Below are positions 45,501 to 58,650 of a stretch of 64,000 nt of DNA, piece after piece (within the stretch, counting starts at the first letter, position 1; every line of letters starts with the position of its first letter). The stretch is from NCBI RefSeq assembly GCF_009914755.1, contig NC_060929.1; one strand, 5' to 3'. The notes under the pieces were generated by a model, which saw only the letters and a list, made by a program, of their open reading frames with translations, made no database searches and was not told the origin of the DNA. The position numbers and the translations under genes were made by a program. Origin of the DNA: the human T2T-CHM13v2.0 reference genome, Homo sapiens.

Positions 45501-46324
45501 ACTTAGGCGAGGACTTCATGACCAAGAACCCAAAAGCAAATGCAACAAAAACAAAGATAAATAAGTGGGACTTAATTAAACTAAAGAGCTTCTGCACAGT
45601 AAAAAGGAACAGTTAGCAGAGTAAACAGACAATCCACAGAGTGGGAGAAAATCTTCACAATCTATACATCTGACATAGGACTAATATCCAGAATCTACAA
45701 GGAACTCAAACAAATTAACCAGAAAACGAACAAGCAAATGATTGCATCTAAAAGTGCACTAATAACATGAATAGACAATTCTCAAACGAAGATAAACAAA
45801 TGGCCAACAAACATATGAAAAAATGCTCAACATCACTCATTACAAGGAAAATGCAAATCAAAACCACCATGTGATACCACCTTAGTCCTGCAAGAATGAC
45901 CATAATCAAAATATAAAAAAAAATAGATGTTGGTGTGGATAGGGTGAAAAGGGAACACTTCTACACGCTGGTGGGAATGTAAACTAGTACAACCTTCGTG
46001 AGAAACAGTTTGGAGATTCCTTAAAGGACTAAAAGTAGAAATACCATTTGTTCCAGCGATCCCACTACTGGGTATCTACCTACAGGAAAAGAAGTCAATA
46101 TACAAAAAGGATACTTGCACACACATGTTTATAGCAGCACAATTTGCAATTGCAAAAATATGGAACCAGCCAAATGCTCATCAGTTAATGAGTGGATAAA
46201 GAAATTTTGGTACATATATATGATGGTATACTATTCAGCCATAAAGAGGAATAAATTAATGGCATTCGCAGCAACCTGGTTGGAACTGGAGACTATTATT
46301 CTAAGTGAAGTAACTCAGGAATGA
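42552..46324 (+). pseudogene. L1PB ORF2p, disrupted (longest open piece 43202-44197)
   Basis: [25 protein letters not shown] and QGCPL motifs; many stops and frameshifts. Confidence 0.9.
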
Positions 46325-48332
46325 AAAACCAAAAATCATATGTTCTCACTCCTAAGTGGGAGTTAAGCTATGAGGATGCAAAGGCATAAGAATGATACAA
46401 TGGATTTTGGGGACTCAGGGGAAAGGGTGGGAGGGGGGTGAGGGATAAAAACTGCAAATTGGGTTCAGTGTATACTGCTTGGGTGCTGGGTGCACCAAAA
46501 TCTCACAAATCACCACAAAAGAACTTACTTATGTAACCAAATACCTCCTGTTTCCCCAAAACCTATGGAAATACAAAATTTTTAAAAAGGAGTTAAGGGC
46601 AACATAAAAAAGATATCTTATTAGAAGTTTTATTTGGAGCCACCTTTTCAAAGTAGAGGTATATATCAGCAATTATATATTTTTAATTTTTTGTGTTTGG
46701 GAGTGCCCTAATTTTCATGTACTTGTTTGTTGGCTGGCAAGTACCACCACATTATTGTAACTGGAATGAAGTGATATTGATTATGTGCCTGGCAGGCTGT
46801 CCAGGGGATTTCAAAATGGAATGTACTATGTTTCAATAATCACAGTCTAGGGTCTTTTGACTTGATCTTTTAGGATCAGAAATTTGCTTTTCTTGGAAAC
46901 TGAGAGTAGATCCATTTCTCAGGAGCAGAGTTATGGTAATCAAGCGCATAGAAACAAATCATCTATGAACAATGAGAAATGTGACTGTTAAATGGACTGA
47001 CCTATTCATGTTAGCATGACTAACACATTATCTCATTTTAGGCAGAGCTATGTGGGAAACTAAATTATAATCAGAAGACAATTTGATGGGGATAGAATTA
47101 TCACAAGTAATTGTGTGATAAACAAGAAAACAGAATGCATAAGTCAATGGTTCAGGGCACCCTCTCTCTATGTTGTACTTGCTCAAAAACTAACTTCTGG
47201 TGTTATCTGTGCTCCAAAGTTGACCACCTATAAACAACCTGTTTTCTCATTCTTTCTTAGGCTACTGAGTAATTGTTTATGTTTCAAATTGACTCAGTTG
47301 GCATTGTATGCCTCCCTTAATTGGTGTTTTTGTGTATCTAAACTTTGCAGTCATATCACAGACATTACCTTGATTCACCCTTGCACTTAGATAAACCCTT
47401 CTGCTCTGTGTGACTGTGTAGATTTAAAGCTTTGAATTTATTTAAATATTTAATATCTTAATTGTTTATTTTTTAGATCATGACCTAAGTTTTAGATGGG
47501 TAGACATTTCACTATTGCTTTCATGTACTATCATAAGACATCACATCCCAGAGTGCCTCCAGATACTTCAGGTTCTTAAGAGGTTTTTGGAATTTGGGTA
47601 GGGCATGTGAAAAAATCCAAGGAGATTGAGAAGTGTCAAAAACATTTGTTTGGCAGTTTCACTGAAGCAAGTTTCAATGTTACAGTGCAATCAAATTTGG
47701 CTTAAGAGTGAGATGGATACATCGAGCCTTTGTTGAATATCTGTGTTTCCTCCATTATAGTTACTCTGAAAGACTTATGAGTCTCTGTAGCTTCTTTTTG
47801 TTTCACTTTTTTCTTGTATCAATAATGGAGAATTCTCAATTCATGCAAATGAATATTACTATACAGATAAGTGTAGCTGACATTCACTAAGTGCTAATTT
47901 TATTATTCATATTTAGCATGTGCATAAATTAAGTTGTGTCGTTCAAGTTTCTTTATACAATTGTTATAAAATGAATAGTTTCTAAGCTAAAGTCATTCTC
48001 TTACTAACTTTGTTTTTATACTTCTTTATAAATATACCTATGAAGATTATTTCCTTTTCCTATTTTTTAGAAAGGGAGAATTATAAGTAGAAAGTTAACA
48101 ATGGGAAGGATATGAGTTCATTTGCATGAAATTATTATTCAAGAGAAAATTATTATACAAGTATTATAAAGTTGAGATTGTATGCTGTACATAATAATTA
48201 TGTTATTATACTTTAAATATTCTGTTATTGGTCATAATTGTCAACTTTGAAGAATAAACTTTGAGGAAAAATAAATTGAGGTGAGTGTATTGAGAGTAGA
48301 CCAGTGAGAAATCTTAGTGGAGAAGCAGTGGT

Positions 48333-48757
48333 ATGGTGGAGACTGGCCAGCTGTTCAAACCAATTCCTCTCCTTAGTCATAGAGTTAACCTGTACTTTCC
48401 AGCCTCCCTTGCACTCAGTTGCAGCCATGTACTGGAGATTTATCCATTGCAATGTGAGCAGAAGTGACAGGTTCCATTTCCAGGTTTGGCTTATAGAACT
48501 CTGAAGCAACCTTTGAACCTTTTTCTTCTTTCACCAGCTTGGCACAGCTGGGCCCAGTGGCCTTGGAAGGCACATATTGGAAATATGGAGTCACAGAAAA
48601 AAAGACCCTTACTCTCTGAATTGCTACTTAGATGAGGGTCTTTTGGTGTTCAGAAAAAAAGTTGGACTTTAGACAAACGAAATAAATTTCTATTGTGTTT
48701 GAGGCATCATATATTTTTGGGTTTGTTACTGCAGCTAGTATTACCCTAACTAATACA
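48333..48757 (+). mobile_element. MLT1 (I/J-like) solo LTR
   Basis: tttccagcctcccttgca...tttgttactgcagctag...ctaactaataca. Confidence 0.75.
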
Positions 48758-49164
48758 AACAATTTATTGATAAGACCTTCTTAATTTTTAGTATGCTATT
48801 CCTAATCCATCAAAACTGTACATGGCCTTAAAAATACCATTATGGCTTTAAAATTTATTCTTGAAGGGCTTTATTTTACTGACACACAATTATTGTTATT
48901 AAAGATCTATTATTGGTAGGCAACAATAAAAATCAGGAAATCCTTGAGTTTACATATAAGGGGACTTTAAAATTTGGTAGAAACAGAAGTCATAGATCTT
49001 TATTTGTATTGTACACACTTATTTCTAAAAAAAGCAAACACCATGAGAAACATGATGTTACTATGTTTGGATTATATATGTTTAATTTATATTCAATGTG
49101 ATGTATGAGATTTCTCTTCCTCTAGCCCTCCATCCCCCACTCCATCCTTTAATTCTTTCTATCT

Positions 49165-50200
49165 ATAAGTGTGCCAGGCAAGCACAGGATGGCTGAGATA
49201 CAGCCATTTTGAGATAAACACATTTTCTCCCTACAAAGTCTGAGTTTATCAGTAAATCTCATAATATTATATATTCATATTAATTATTATTAATAATCAG
49301 TTTATCATTAAACCCCATAACTCACTACATCTGACATATGCCACACAGGAGAACTACATCATATTAAGTGAGCATATAATAAGAAATTTCACTTGAAAAT
49401 GCGGTGAGAGGGAATTAGGGAAGTCTCCTATGAGAGAGTAACACTGAAGTGAACAACTAAAGAATGAGTATGAGCTGTGAAAGCACATAAGTGAGGGAGA
49501 GGGACATAGGACTCTCAAGGGATTAGAAAGGCAGAATGATTGGAGAATGGCAATCATGCACTGGCAAGGTATAAGGAGAGGCTGCAGAAAGAAACAGGTA
49601 TTGGATCAGGCCGGGACATTTTTAGATATGTTAAGGACTTGGACTTTATCTTAACAACAACAGGATACTGTGTGTGTTTTAAGAAGAATGGCATGGCCAG
49701 ATTTGTATTCTAAAGTTCACCTCACTCTGTCTCCAGTGAGATGAAGTTTAGAGAGAGGGGAAAATAGGGACTTGTGGAGTCTCTTTCAGAAGTGATGGCG
49801 ATAGTCCAGGTGAGAGACAATGGTGACTTGAACTAGGGTGCTGGCAGTGTACATGGAGACCTGAGGACCAATTTGAAAGATGTTTAGGAGGAAGAATTCA
49901 CAACAGTTGGTGATTAATTGGATTTGAGTGTGAGAAAGGAGTCAAGAATAATTTTCTGGTTTCTGACTTGGGTCATCAGGTAGATGACATGACATTTTAT
50001 GAAAATAGGGAACACTGACCGAAAACCAGGAAGAAAGATGTGAATTTATTTTTGGACATGCTGAATTTGGACCTGTGAAATAGCCAGGTGGCTTGTTTAA
50101 GTATTTATGTGGTTACCTAATGTGTATTCATTAGGTAAAAATATAATTAGGCAATTGGATTAAGGGTCTGAGTCTCAGTAGATAGGTCTGGACTAGAGAT
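49165..50200 (-). mobile_element. L2 fragment(s)
   Basis: ttaaggacttggactttatc, tagtccaggtgagagacaatggtgacttgaactagg, ttttggacatgctgaattt. Confidence 0.8.
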
Positions 50201-50477
50201 AATGTTAGAAAGTAATGATTCCTTAAAAATAATTTAATCTAACTCCATTATTTTCTAGATGATAGAAATTATTCCCAAGGAACATGCATTTGTATCGTGC
50301 TTCATTGTTTGCACCACACTTTATATGGTTTCATTTATTTTCTACAGTTCATCATATAAGGAATTGTTATCTCCATATTTATAATTGAGATGACTAAGAC
50401 TTGAGGTCCACATTTTTGAGGCTTCCCCCTCTCTTGAAGATAATGAGCCCTTCTGCAAAAGATTAAAGTGACTTACC

Positions 50478-50636
50478 GGCCGGGCATGGTGGCTCACACC
50501 TGTAATCCCAGCTCTCAGGGAGGCAAGAGGCGGGAGGATAGCTTGAGCCCAGGAGTTTGACACCTGCCTGGGCAATATAGTGAGACCCCGTTCTCCACAA
50601 AAAGGAAAAAAAAGACAAAAAAAAAAAAAAGCGTAA
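50478..50636 (+). pseudogene. BCYRN1 (pseudogene copy): BC200 RNA (BCYRN1) retropseudogene, truncated at the start of the unique 3' domain
   Basis: BC200-specific motifs cagctctcagggagg, gatagcttgag, cctgcctgggcaatatag, ccgttctcc, aaaaagg(a)n-gac(a)n-gcgtaa; TSD taaagtgacttayc. Confidence 0.93.
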
Positions 50637-51055
50637 AGTGACTTATCCTTTTAGTGACAGATAAAGACACTGCAAGAACAGGGACAAAGAATTGTTTGAT
50701 CCTGAAGAGTCATTTCCTTTGTGGCCTGCTTGTCATGAAGACTGAATAAAATTCCTGAGTAAAACAAAGACAAAATGATGAGACTTGTTAACCTGCTTTT
50801 GAAACAAAGTAACCTCACCCCCAATTCGTGGGACATGCCTCACAGGGAGTCTAGCCCTCATAGCTACTTTTCCATTGATAACTAGAGTAAGGGCTGAAGA
50901 GAAGTACAGAAGATTCCTCCTCCAAGAGAATGGCATTATCTTCTCTGTGGTCCAAGATGAAGACATAATGGGAGAGAAGAATTTTGTCTATATAACAATA
51001 ACTCTAAGTTATAGAATTAAAGGCTTAAAAAATGGAGTAATGAATGGTATGTCTT

Positions 51056-51165
51056 TATTTTTTAAAAAATGAATTAATTTTTTTAAGACAGAGTCTTGCT
51101 CTGTCGCCCAGCCTGGAGTGCAGTGGTGCAATCTTGGCTCACGGCAACCTCCACCTCGAGGGTTC
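51056..51165 (-). mobile_element. Severely 5'-truncated AluS right-arm fragment
   Basis: Perfect 16-bp TSD atgaatggtatgtctt (51040-51055, 51166-51181). Confidence 0.92.
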
Positions 51166-51543
51166 ATGAATGGTATGTCTTAGATATAAACATTAGAGGG
51201 AAAGAAATAACTCTTTAAAAAAATTATTATGTGGGTTCTTTCTTTCTGAATACCTTGAAAACTAGGAAAATCATCCTGCTGCATGAAAGCAAGAAAATGA
51301 GTTAGGGAATCCCTTGAAAATTGTTTCTGCCCAGTGATGCTAAGACTGCACAATGTTTTTTTGAGATTCACAAATGTAAACACTGTATTTGCTTACTTAA
51401 GCTTATTATCTTAAGCTATTTTAAGTGGCTTTCCATGCAAAAAAAAATTTTTGTACTGTCTGAATAATCTGGCATTTCTAAAATATTTTTAAATTTTCTT
51501 TGAACTTTAGCAACCCTATTTCACTATTTAAAACTAAAACTCA

Positions 51544-51869
<326 letters not shown>

Positions 51870-51945
51870 GTATCATTGACCTAAGAGTGTAAACTAGGAT
51901 CCATTTTGCATAATACTAGCACTGAGATTTGCAGTCTTAAAGAAT

Positions 51946-53855
51946 CATACTGTTTTCCATAGAGGTTGTACTAATTTACATTTCTACCAACAGTGTATAA
52001 GTGTTCCCTTTTCACCACATCTGTGCCATCTATTGTTTTTTGACATTTTAATAATGGCTGTTTTCCAACTCCATTAAAAATAGGCAAAGGATATGAACAC
52101 TATTCAAAAGAAGACATACATGTGGCCATTCATTTAAAAAAAAGCTTAGTATCACTGATCATTAGAAAAATGTAAATAAAAACCACAGTGAGATAACATC
52201 TCATTCCAGTTAGAATGGCTATTATTAAAAAGTCAAAAAATAATAGATGCTGGTGAAGTTGCAGAGAGAAAGGAATGCTTATCCACTGTTGGTGGAAGTG
52301 TAAATTAGTTCAACCATTGTGGAAGACAGTGTGGCGATTCCTCAGAGACCTAAAAACAGAAATACCATTTGACCACCCAGCAATCCCTTACTGGGCATAT
52401 ACCTCAAGGGATATAAATCCTTCTATTATGAAGACACTTGCATGTGTATGTTCTTTGCAGCACTATTCACAATAGCAAAGACATGGAATTGACCTAAATG
52501 CCCATCAGTGATAAACTGAATAAAGAAAGTATGGTACATATACACCATGAAATACTATGTCACCATAAAAAAGAGTGAGAACATGTCCTTTGCAGGAAAA
52601 TGGATGGAGCTGTAGGCCGTTATCCTCAGCAAACTAACACAGGAACAGAAAAGCAAATACTGCATATTTTCACTTATAAGTGGGAGCTAAATGATGAGAA
52701 CACCTGGGCACATAGAGGGGAACAACACACACTGGGGCCTATCAAATGGTGGAGGTTGGGAGGAGGAAGAGGATCAGAAATGGGTACTAGGCTTAATACC
52801 TGGGTGATGAGATAGTCTGCACAACAACTCCGCAGACACAAGTTCACCTATATAACAAACCTGCACATGTATCCCTGAAGTCAAAATAAAAGTAAAAAAA
52901 AAATGGCCATTTCGCTGGGGTAAGGTGGTATCTCATTGTGACCTTAATATGCATTTTCCTGATGATTAGTGATATTAAGCATTTTTTTTCATATCTTTGA
53001 TGGCCATTTGTATAGTTTCTTTTGAAAAATATCTCTTCATGTCGTTTGCCCACTTTTTAATGGGGTTATTCATTTTTTTATTGCTGATTTGTTTGAATTC
53101 CTTGTAGACTCTGAGTATTAGTCCTTTATTGTATATAGAGTTTGTGACTATTTTCTCCCATTCTATAGGGTTGTCGATGTACTCTATTGATTATTTCTTT
53201 TGTGCAGAAGTTTTTTAGTTTAATTAAATCCCATTTATTTATTTTTGTTTTTGTTGCAATTGCTTTTGGGGTCTTCCAGCAATCATACTACTGGGTATCT
53301 AACCAAAGAAAAAGAAGTAATTATATCAAAAATATACCTGCGCTCATACATTTATCACAGCACAATTCATAATTGCAAATATATGGAATCAACCTAGGTG
53401 CCCATCAACTGATGAGTGGATAAATAAAATGTGGTATATAAATATTATGATATACTACTCAGTCATAAAAAATAATGAAAGAATGTCTTTCACAGCAACT
53501 GGAATGGAACTGGAGGCCATTATCCCAAGTGAAACAACTTAGGAACAAAAAAAGAAATACTGCTGTTCTCACTTATAAGTGGGAGCTAAGCTATGAGTAG
53601 TACACAGGGAAATACAGTATAATAGACATTGGAAACTCAGACAGGGAGAGAGAGGGAGGAGGATGAAGGATGGAAAATTACCTATTGGGTACAAGGTACA
53701 CTATTCAGGTGGTGATGGGTACACTAAAAGCTCAGACTTCACCACTGTATAATACATCCATTCAACCAAAAGTCATTTGTACCCCTAAAGCTATTGAAAT
53801 AAAAATAAGTAAATAGATAAATAGACAAATAAATAAATGAAGTATCTGGGAATAA
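51946..53855 (+). mobile_element. L1MA (MA3-like) with inverted 5' part (51946-53274 minus; 53275-53840 plus)
   Basis: Orientation flips at ggggtctt|ccagcaatc; TSD aaagaaycata. Confidence 0.85.
52064..52900 (+). mobile_element. L1PA (PA10-13-like) 3' fragment nested in the L1MA
   Basis: [20 protein letters not shown]; 3'UTR and A tail; TSD approximately aatggcyrttt. Confidence 0.88.
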
Positions 53856-54534
53856 AAAGAACCATATGTGGGTTCTGTCACATTGAAGAGTCTCCCTCAG
53901 AAACAAATTGACATGTCTTGAAAAAGAAACAGATTAAGGACATCTTTAAAAAGCTCATACCATTCAGCAAGTACTAGTTTGTTTGAAGAGGCAGCAATGA
54001 GCTTCTGAAATTCACTCATACTTAATATGACGATGGTGTCATCAGAGAGATATTTGTACAAGATCTTGCTGAGAGATAGTCTTTACTGGAGGCTACTAGA
54101 GTCTCCTCCAGCCTGATTATATGTGTTAAATCTAATTGTGATTTAACGCTTCTAATGTTAGCCACAAGCGAATGACCATGACATTTCAGCAAGTTCTTAC
54201 ATCTTTTGAATTATCAAGGGATATTTGAAATACAATTTCTCTTGCCACTTTTCTTTTTAGGAGAAAGACAATACATCCTATAGCAATGAGCCCCAGATAA
54301 GTTTCATCACTGTTAGGTTCATTGCATGTTTCTCTACTGTTTTTTCATCCTAATTTTACTAGAAAGCATGGTCCTTAAATAGTAAAACTGTCATTATATT
54401 ACATGTAGGTTTAAGACAACCATCACAATTAACTTGGTTCTATTCGATTTCAAGCACTTAATGACTGCATAATGAAAGGCAGAAGACATTTTAGAAAAAA
54501 TTAAAAACACACCACAAACAGATATTGTAAAATT

Positions 54535-54635
54535 TTGTTTTTGTTTTTTTAAATTGACACATAAAATTGTAGGTATTTATCATATACATGAAGTTTTGAA
54601 GTATATATATGTTGTGGAATTAATAAATCTGTCTA
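54535..54635 (-). mobile_element. L1MA 3' end fragment
   Basis: aattgacacataaaattgtaggtatttat...ttttgaagtatatata. Confidence 0.6.
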
Positions 54636-54974
54636 ATTTTTTGTGATACTAAAATTTTTAAGACTATGGAATGATTCTCTTAAGAAATACATGTGCTAAG
54701 ATACTGAATTTGGAAAAAAATTATTACTGGATTTTGCAGGTTGTTAAAACTATTAAAAGTACAACTAATCAGTTTTGGGTCTGAAGTATCTCTATAATTG
54801 TTATGATGCCATAAAAAGAACAGCCTCTCTAACAAAAAGTCTTTGGTAAAAATTATCTTAGAATTAAGAAAGTGAATAGAAGCATTAAGTTTTTAGTGTA
54901 GAATCTAAAGCTTTGATAGGCAAAATTATTAGTAGAGGAGCTTATACAAGGTAGAGATTTGGACTTAATCTCCT

Positions 54975-55085
54975 TCCTCCTCCCAGAGTTTTAGATTCTC
55001 TAGGCCTAGGCTGGGACCTGGGTCCCTGCCTTTTTAAAAGTGAAGCATTCCCAGATAATTATGATGCAGGTGGTCATGGGACAGC
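54975..55085. mobile_element. MER5-like hAT fragment
   Basis: cccagagttttagattc...cccagataattatgatgcaggtggtc. Confidence 0.55.
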
Positions 55086-56119
55086 TCTATTATGTATTAA
55101 AAGTTAATTTCCTGGCAATTTGGATAAATCTTATTATCATAATATTGACCAAAAGAATCCAGACCCCAAAGAGTATATAGCATATAATGCCTTTCTAAGT
55201 TAAAAAAAATGAACAGAGTTGATCTGCATTCTGTCAAAAGTCAGAGATTACCATTGGTAAGGAACTGTGATTATAAAGGTCACAGAAAAAGGATATGGTT
55301 TAGCTTTGTCAAGGGATTTTATAATACAAACATCTTAAACGTTAGTATTTTATCATTTCATTTGTCTCAAAGAACCTCTTTTACAATTGAAATTTAAAAT
55401 TAAAACAATGAAATAAGGTTAAACAAAAGAATTTAGCAATTATCACAGATTTGAGAAATCATTTTATAATCCAGATCAATAAATTACAGCACATAATTGA
55501 GAACTTGCAATAAAACTTGACAATAACAAAACAATTCTCGTATTTGAAGTTCACATAAAAAATACTTTTTTATTTGTAGATATAAAGTCTGACTTGACAA
55601 AGAAGAAAATTAATACATTTTAGCTCTCTCTATAAGGGAGCTTTCAGTGGCTGTAGAACAGTTGTAGAACACTTTTTGGAGGCTTTGGAAAAACTCAATT
55701 TTTAAAACTTTCTTAAATCTGCATATAATTCAATAATTTTGTTGATTTTATATTCTCTTTCCTGAGTTCTAATGAGGAAAAATGAACTGCTCAAGATTTT
55801 GGGATCTGTGATTGGTCTACATGTACAGAACTAAGAGAGTTTTAAAGAATGTATCATTTGCCCAATCTGGATGGAGTCATCCATTTACATACTGGTATAA
55901 TAATCAGGATTTAGGAGTTTTCATCTTTAAATGCATTTAGGGGACTGACAAATAACTTAATTGAGCCACAAAGATAGGTTTAAGAAAATAGAGTGACAAG
56001 TATCTGTCATCCTGAAATGCACATACTCTATTTAAATTTATTTTAAGGCATCATGAAAGCCAAATATAATGTAGATTGGGCTAATGATGTTCTATTTGTT
56101 TTTTTAAATAGGCCGATGT

Positions 56120-56310
56120 GGTATTTTTCACTGGGTGCTATTGACATTGGGTGGGCAATTCTTTCTTGTAAAGGACTGTCCTGCACATTGCCAAATAATT
56201 TTCATTTTTCCTCACTCCCAACCCTCACTGACGCCCCAGTCACTAGTTGTGTATAGCACATTCCCTCTACATTTTAGGATGCCTTCTAGGGAGACAGTTC
56301 CACCCTGATT
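56120..56310. mobile_element. MER20-like hAT fragment
   Basis: gctattgacattgggtgggcaattcttt...ctgtcctgcacattg. Confidence 0.55.
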
Positions 56311-57134
56311 TATGGGGTCAATATTAGGATTAGGGAATAGCATTATTTTTTAGTAATGTGTGTTGTTTCACCTGAACTGAACTCAAAATGTTGAATGATA
56401 ATTGACTTTTGCTTCTGCTATTGAGGTCTGTGACACCTTGGTGACACTTCGGCTCATCTTTCAATATGGAGACTACTTCTAAAATGGACAAAGTTCTTTA
56501 GAAGTTAAAGTTTATTACTCTAGCCAAATATTAATTAGGTTTATATATTTCTTATGTATATGAAAATGGTTCAACAATTTTATTAAATGTTGATGGGTTT
56601 TCCACTCAATTAGGCACTCAAAAAACATATTGATTAATTTTTTAAAAAGCGCATGAATTAAAGAATTGCTGAAGGCACAGGAAGTGAACTAAGTCTGTGA
56701 CCTTTCTGACACAGGCTTTACCTCGTCAATAAAGTTACACTTTATGATGCAATATAAATAATAGATAACAATGGGTGATGAACCCAGAGGGAGAAAATGG
56801 CAGGAGGTGAAGCATTCTAAGCTTGGCTGTGCATTATCTTCAACACATTTGTTGCATTGTGGTTTCATGAGGACTAGACTTCCAGAGTGTTGCTTGCTAA
56901 TGGATACTAACTAGAAGGTGAGAAATCTCTCTGTCACTTGCTGTGGTCAGAGAGAGAAAAAATCATTGTGGAATGGTTAGACACTCATCCAATAGTCAAC
57001 TGACTGCCTAATGCAGAATTTATCAGAAGGAGCTCAATCTTCCCCACTGGATAGAACTTGGTTTTTCGCATGCATTGACATTATTCCTAAGTCAAAAAGT
57101 AGGTGGCCGGAGGAGGTATCCAGGGGATGAGAAA

Positions 57135-57320
57135 AGAGTATGGACTTTGGATTCAGCAAAAACCTAGATTTAAATGCCAGTTTTGTAATATATTTACTTT
57201 GGGAAAGATAATATGTCCTAACTAGTTTTCTTATATATAAAATATGGACAATAATATCTCTCAATTATAGGCTTCTTATCCTATAAGAATGGATGGAGGT
57301 TATGTCTGCGGAATGCTCAG
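57135..57320 (+). mobile_element. MIR
   Basis: aagagtatggactttggattcag..aacctagatttaaat...tataaaatatggacaataata. Confidence 0.6.
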
Positions 57321-58650
57321 TTTCTTCCAGCCTTTCTTCTCTTCTTTGCCTTCTTTCCTCCCCTTTCCTTCCTTGCCCTTTGATTTCTTTTCCTCTTTTC
57401 TTCCAAATACTATGTGTTAAATGCGACTATAATGCATTGTTATATTTCCATACAAATAACAAAGATAATAATGAAACTAGCAATAATTTTTCACACTAGT
57501 CTATATATCTTTTAGCAATACTAAAATAAATGCACAGCAGTGTGGTTGATTTTGTAGTCACTCAGTGTGCTCAGTTCGCAGGTTTATCTACTAGATTGGC
57601 ATCATTTCTGAGCATCAGTTTTTTCATGTCGTTGTATATGTTGTTATAATCAGTTTCTCTCTTGAAAAGCCTCTGTAGCAACCATAGCAGTGTGTGCAGG
57701 GAAATGTATAATAATTATTAAAAAATAGTAATTTAATTTAATAGATTGAATACAAAAAGAAGTAGAGAAGAAACAAAACTTCTTTTTTTGAGCCTGTTAT
57801 TCAGATGTTCTGTAGGAAAAAATTCTATTGCTTGTGTTTTTGCAAGGGGTCCGTCAGCTATCTTACAATTCTAGTTCATGATATGTTATTACCTTTCTCT
57901 TTTTACCACTAGTTTTTGGAGTTTGGAGTTTAGCTTTGATTCCTTTAGATCATATTAAATCTTGTCAGGCCTATGTTGTACTTTCTAAGGTACAGGATTA
58001 GTGTCAAATTGCCAGAATATCTAAAAGGGAATGAAATTCCTGTAAAAGAAATTTTAAAGCTGCATATTTCTATAAAGCACATGATAAAAATATACAAGGA
58101 TGTGCATATTTTATATACGTGTTTTATACTATATAATGAAAAATCAACTTATTCCCTATTAATAATATTATTTTACAAACTTATTAAGAACAAGCCAATG
58201 GTGTTGAAAAATTTGTGTCAGATGGAAAGTACATAGTAAAGGGACAAGATGCTAGTAAATTACTGATTTATGAATATCAGTGTGTATCATGAAGCCCTTG
58301 TCTTTCATAATGAAAATCTTACTGAAAATAAGAAAAAAAGCAGATAATTTAAATGTGTTTCATATCATAATAATGTTTAAATATTCTGGATGCTAAGTTT
58401 ATTTCGTTTTAAATAGACATCATGTTTGACATGAAAAATATTAATCTATTTTTTATTCTATAAATGCAGATAGATATTTCACATGTTGAAGTTTGATATA
58501 TATGTATTTTTTGCCTTAAATTGTACTATGCCCTCTGTCCCTGCTGCCTCCGTGTCTGTTCATTTAGGATTGGCAGGTATAGCATTATGCAGTACTACAT
58601 TTTAACCTGGGTGCGTATATTAATAGTAGTACTTTCTGAAATTATATGCC

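Larger units (their letters stand above)
38148..46584 (+). mobile_element. Near full-length L1PB (PB1-like) interrupted by THE1
   Basis: Long 5'UTR, ORF1 (MTKQGS...PELPEKEFRR), ORF2, 3' cctatggaaata; TSD aaawggagttaaggg (38133-38147, 46585-46599). Confidence 0.93.
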
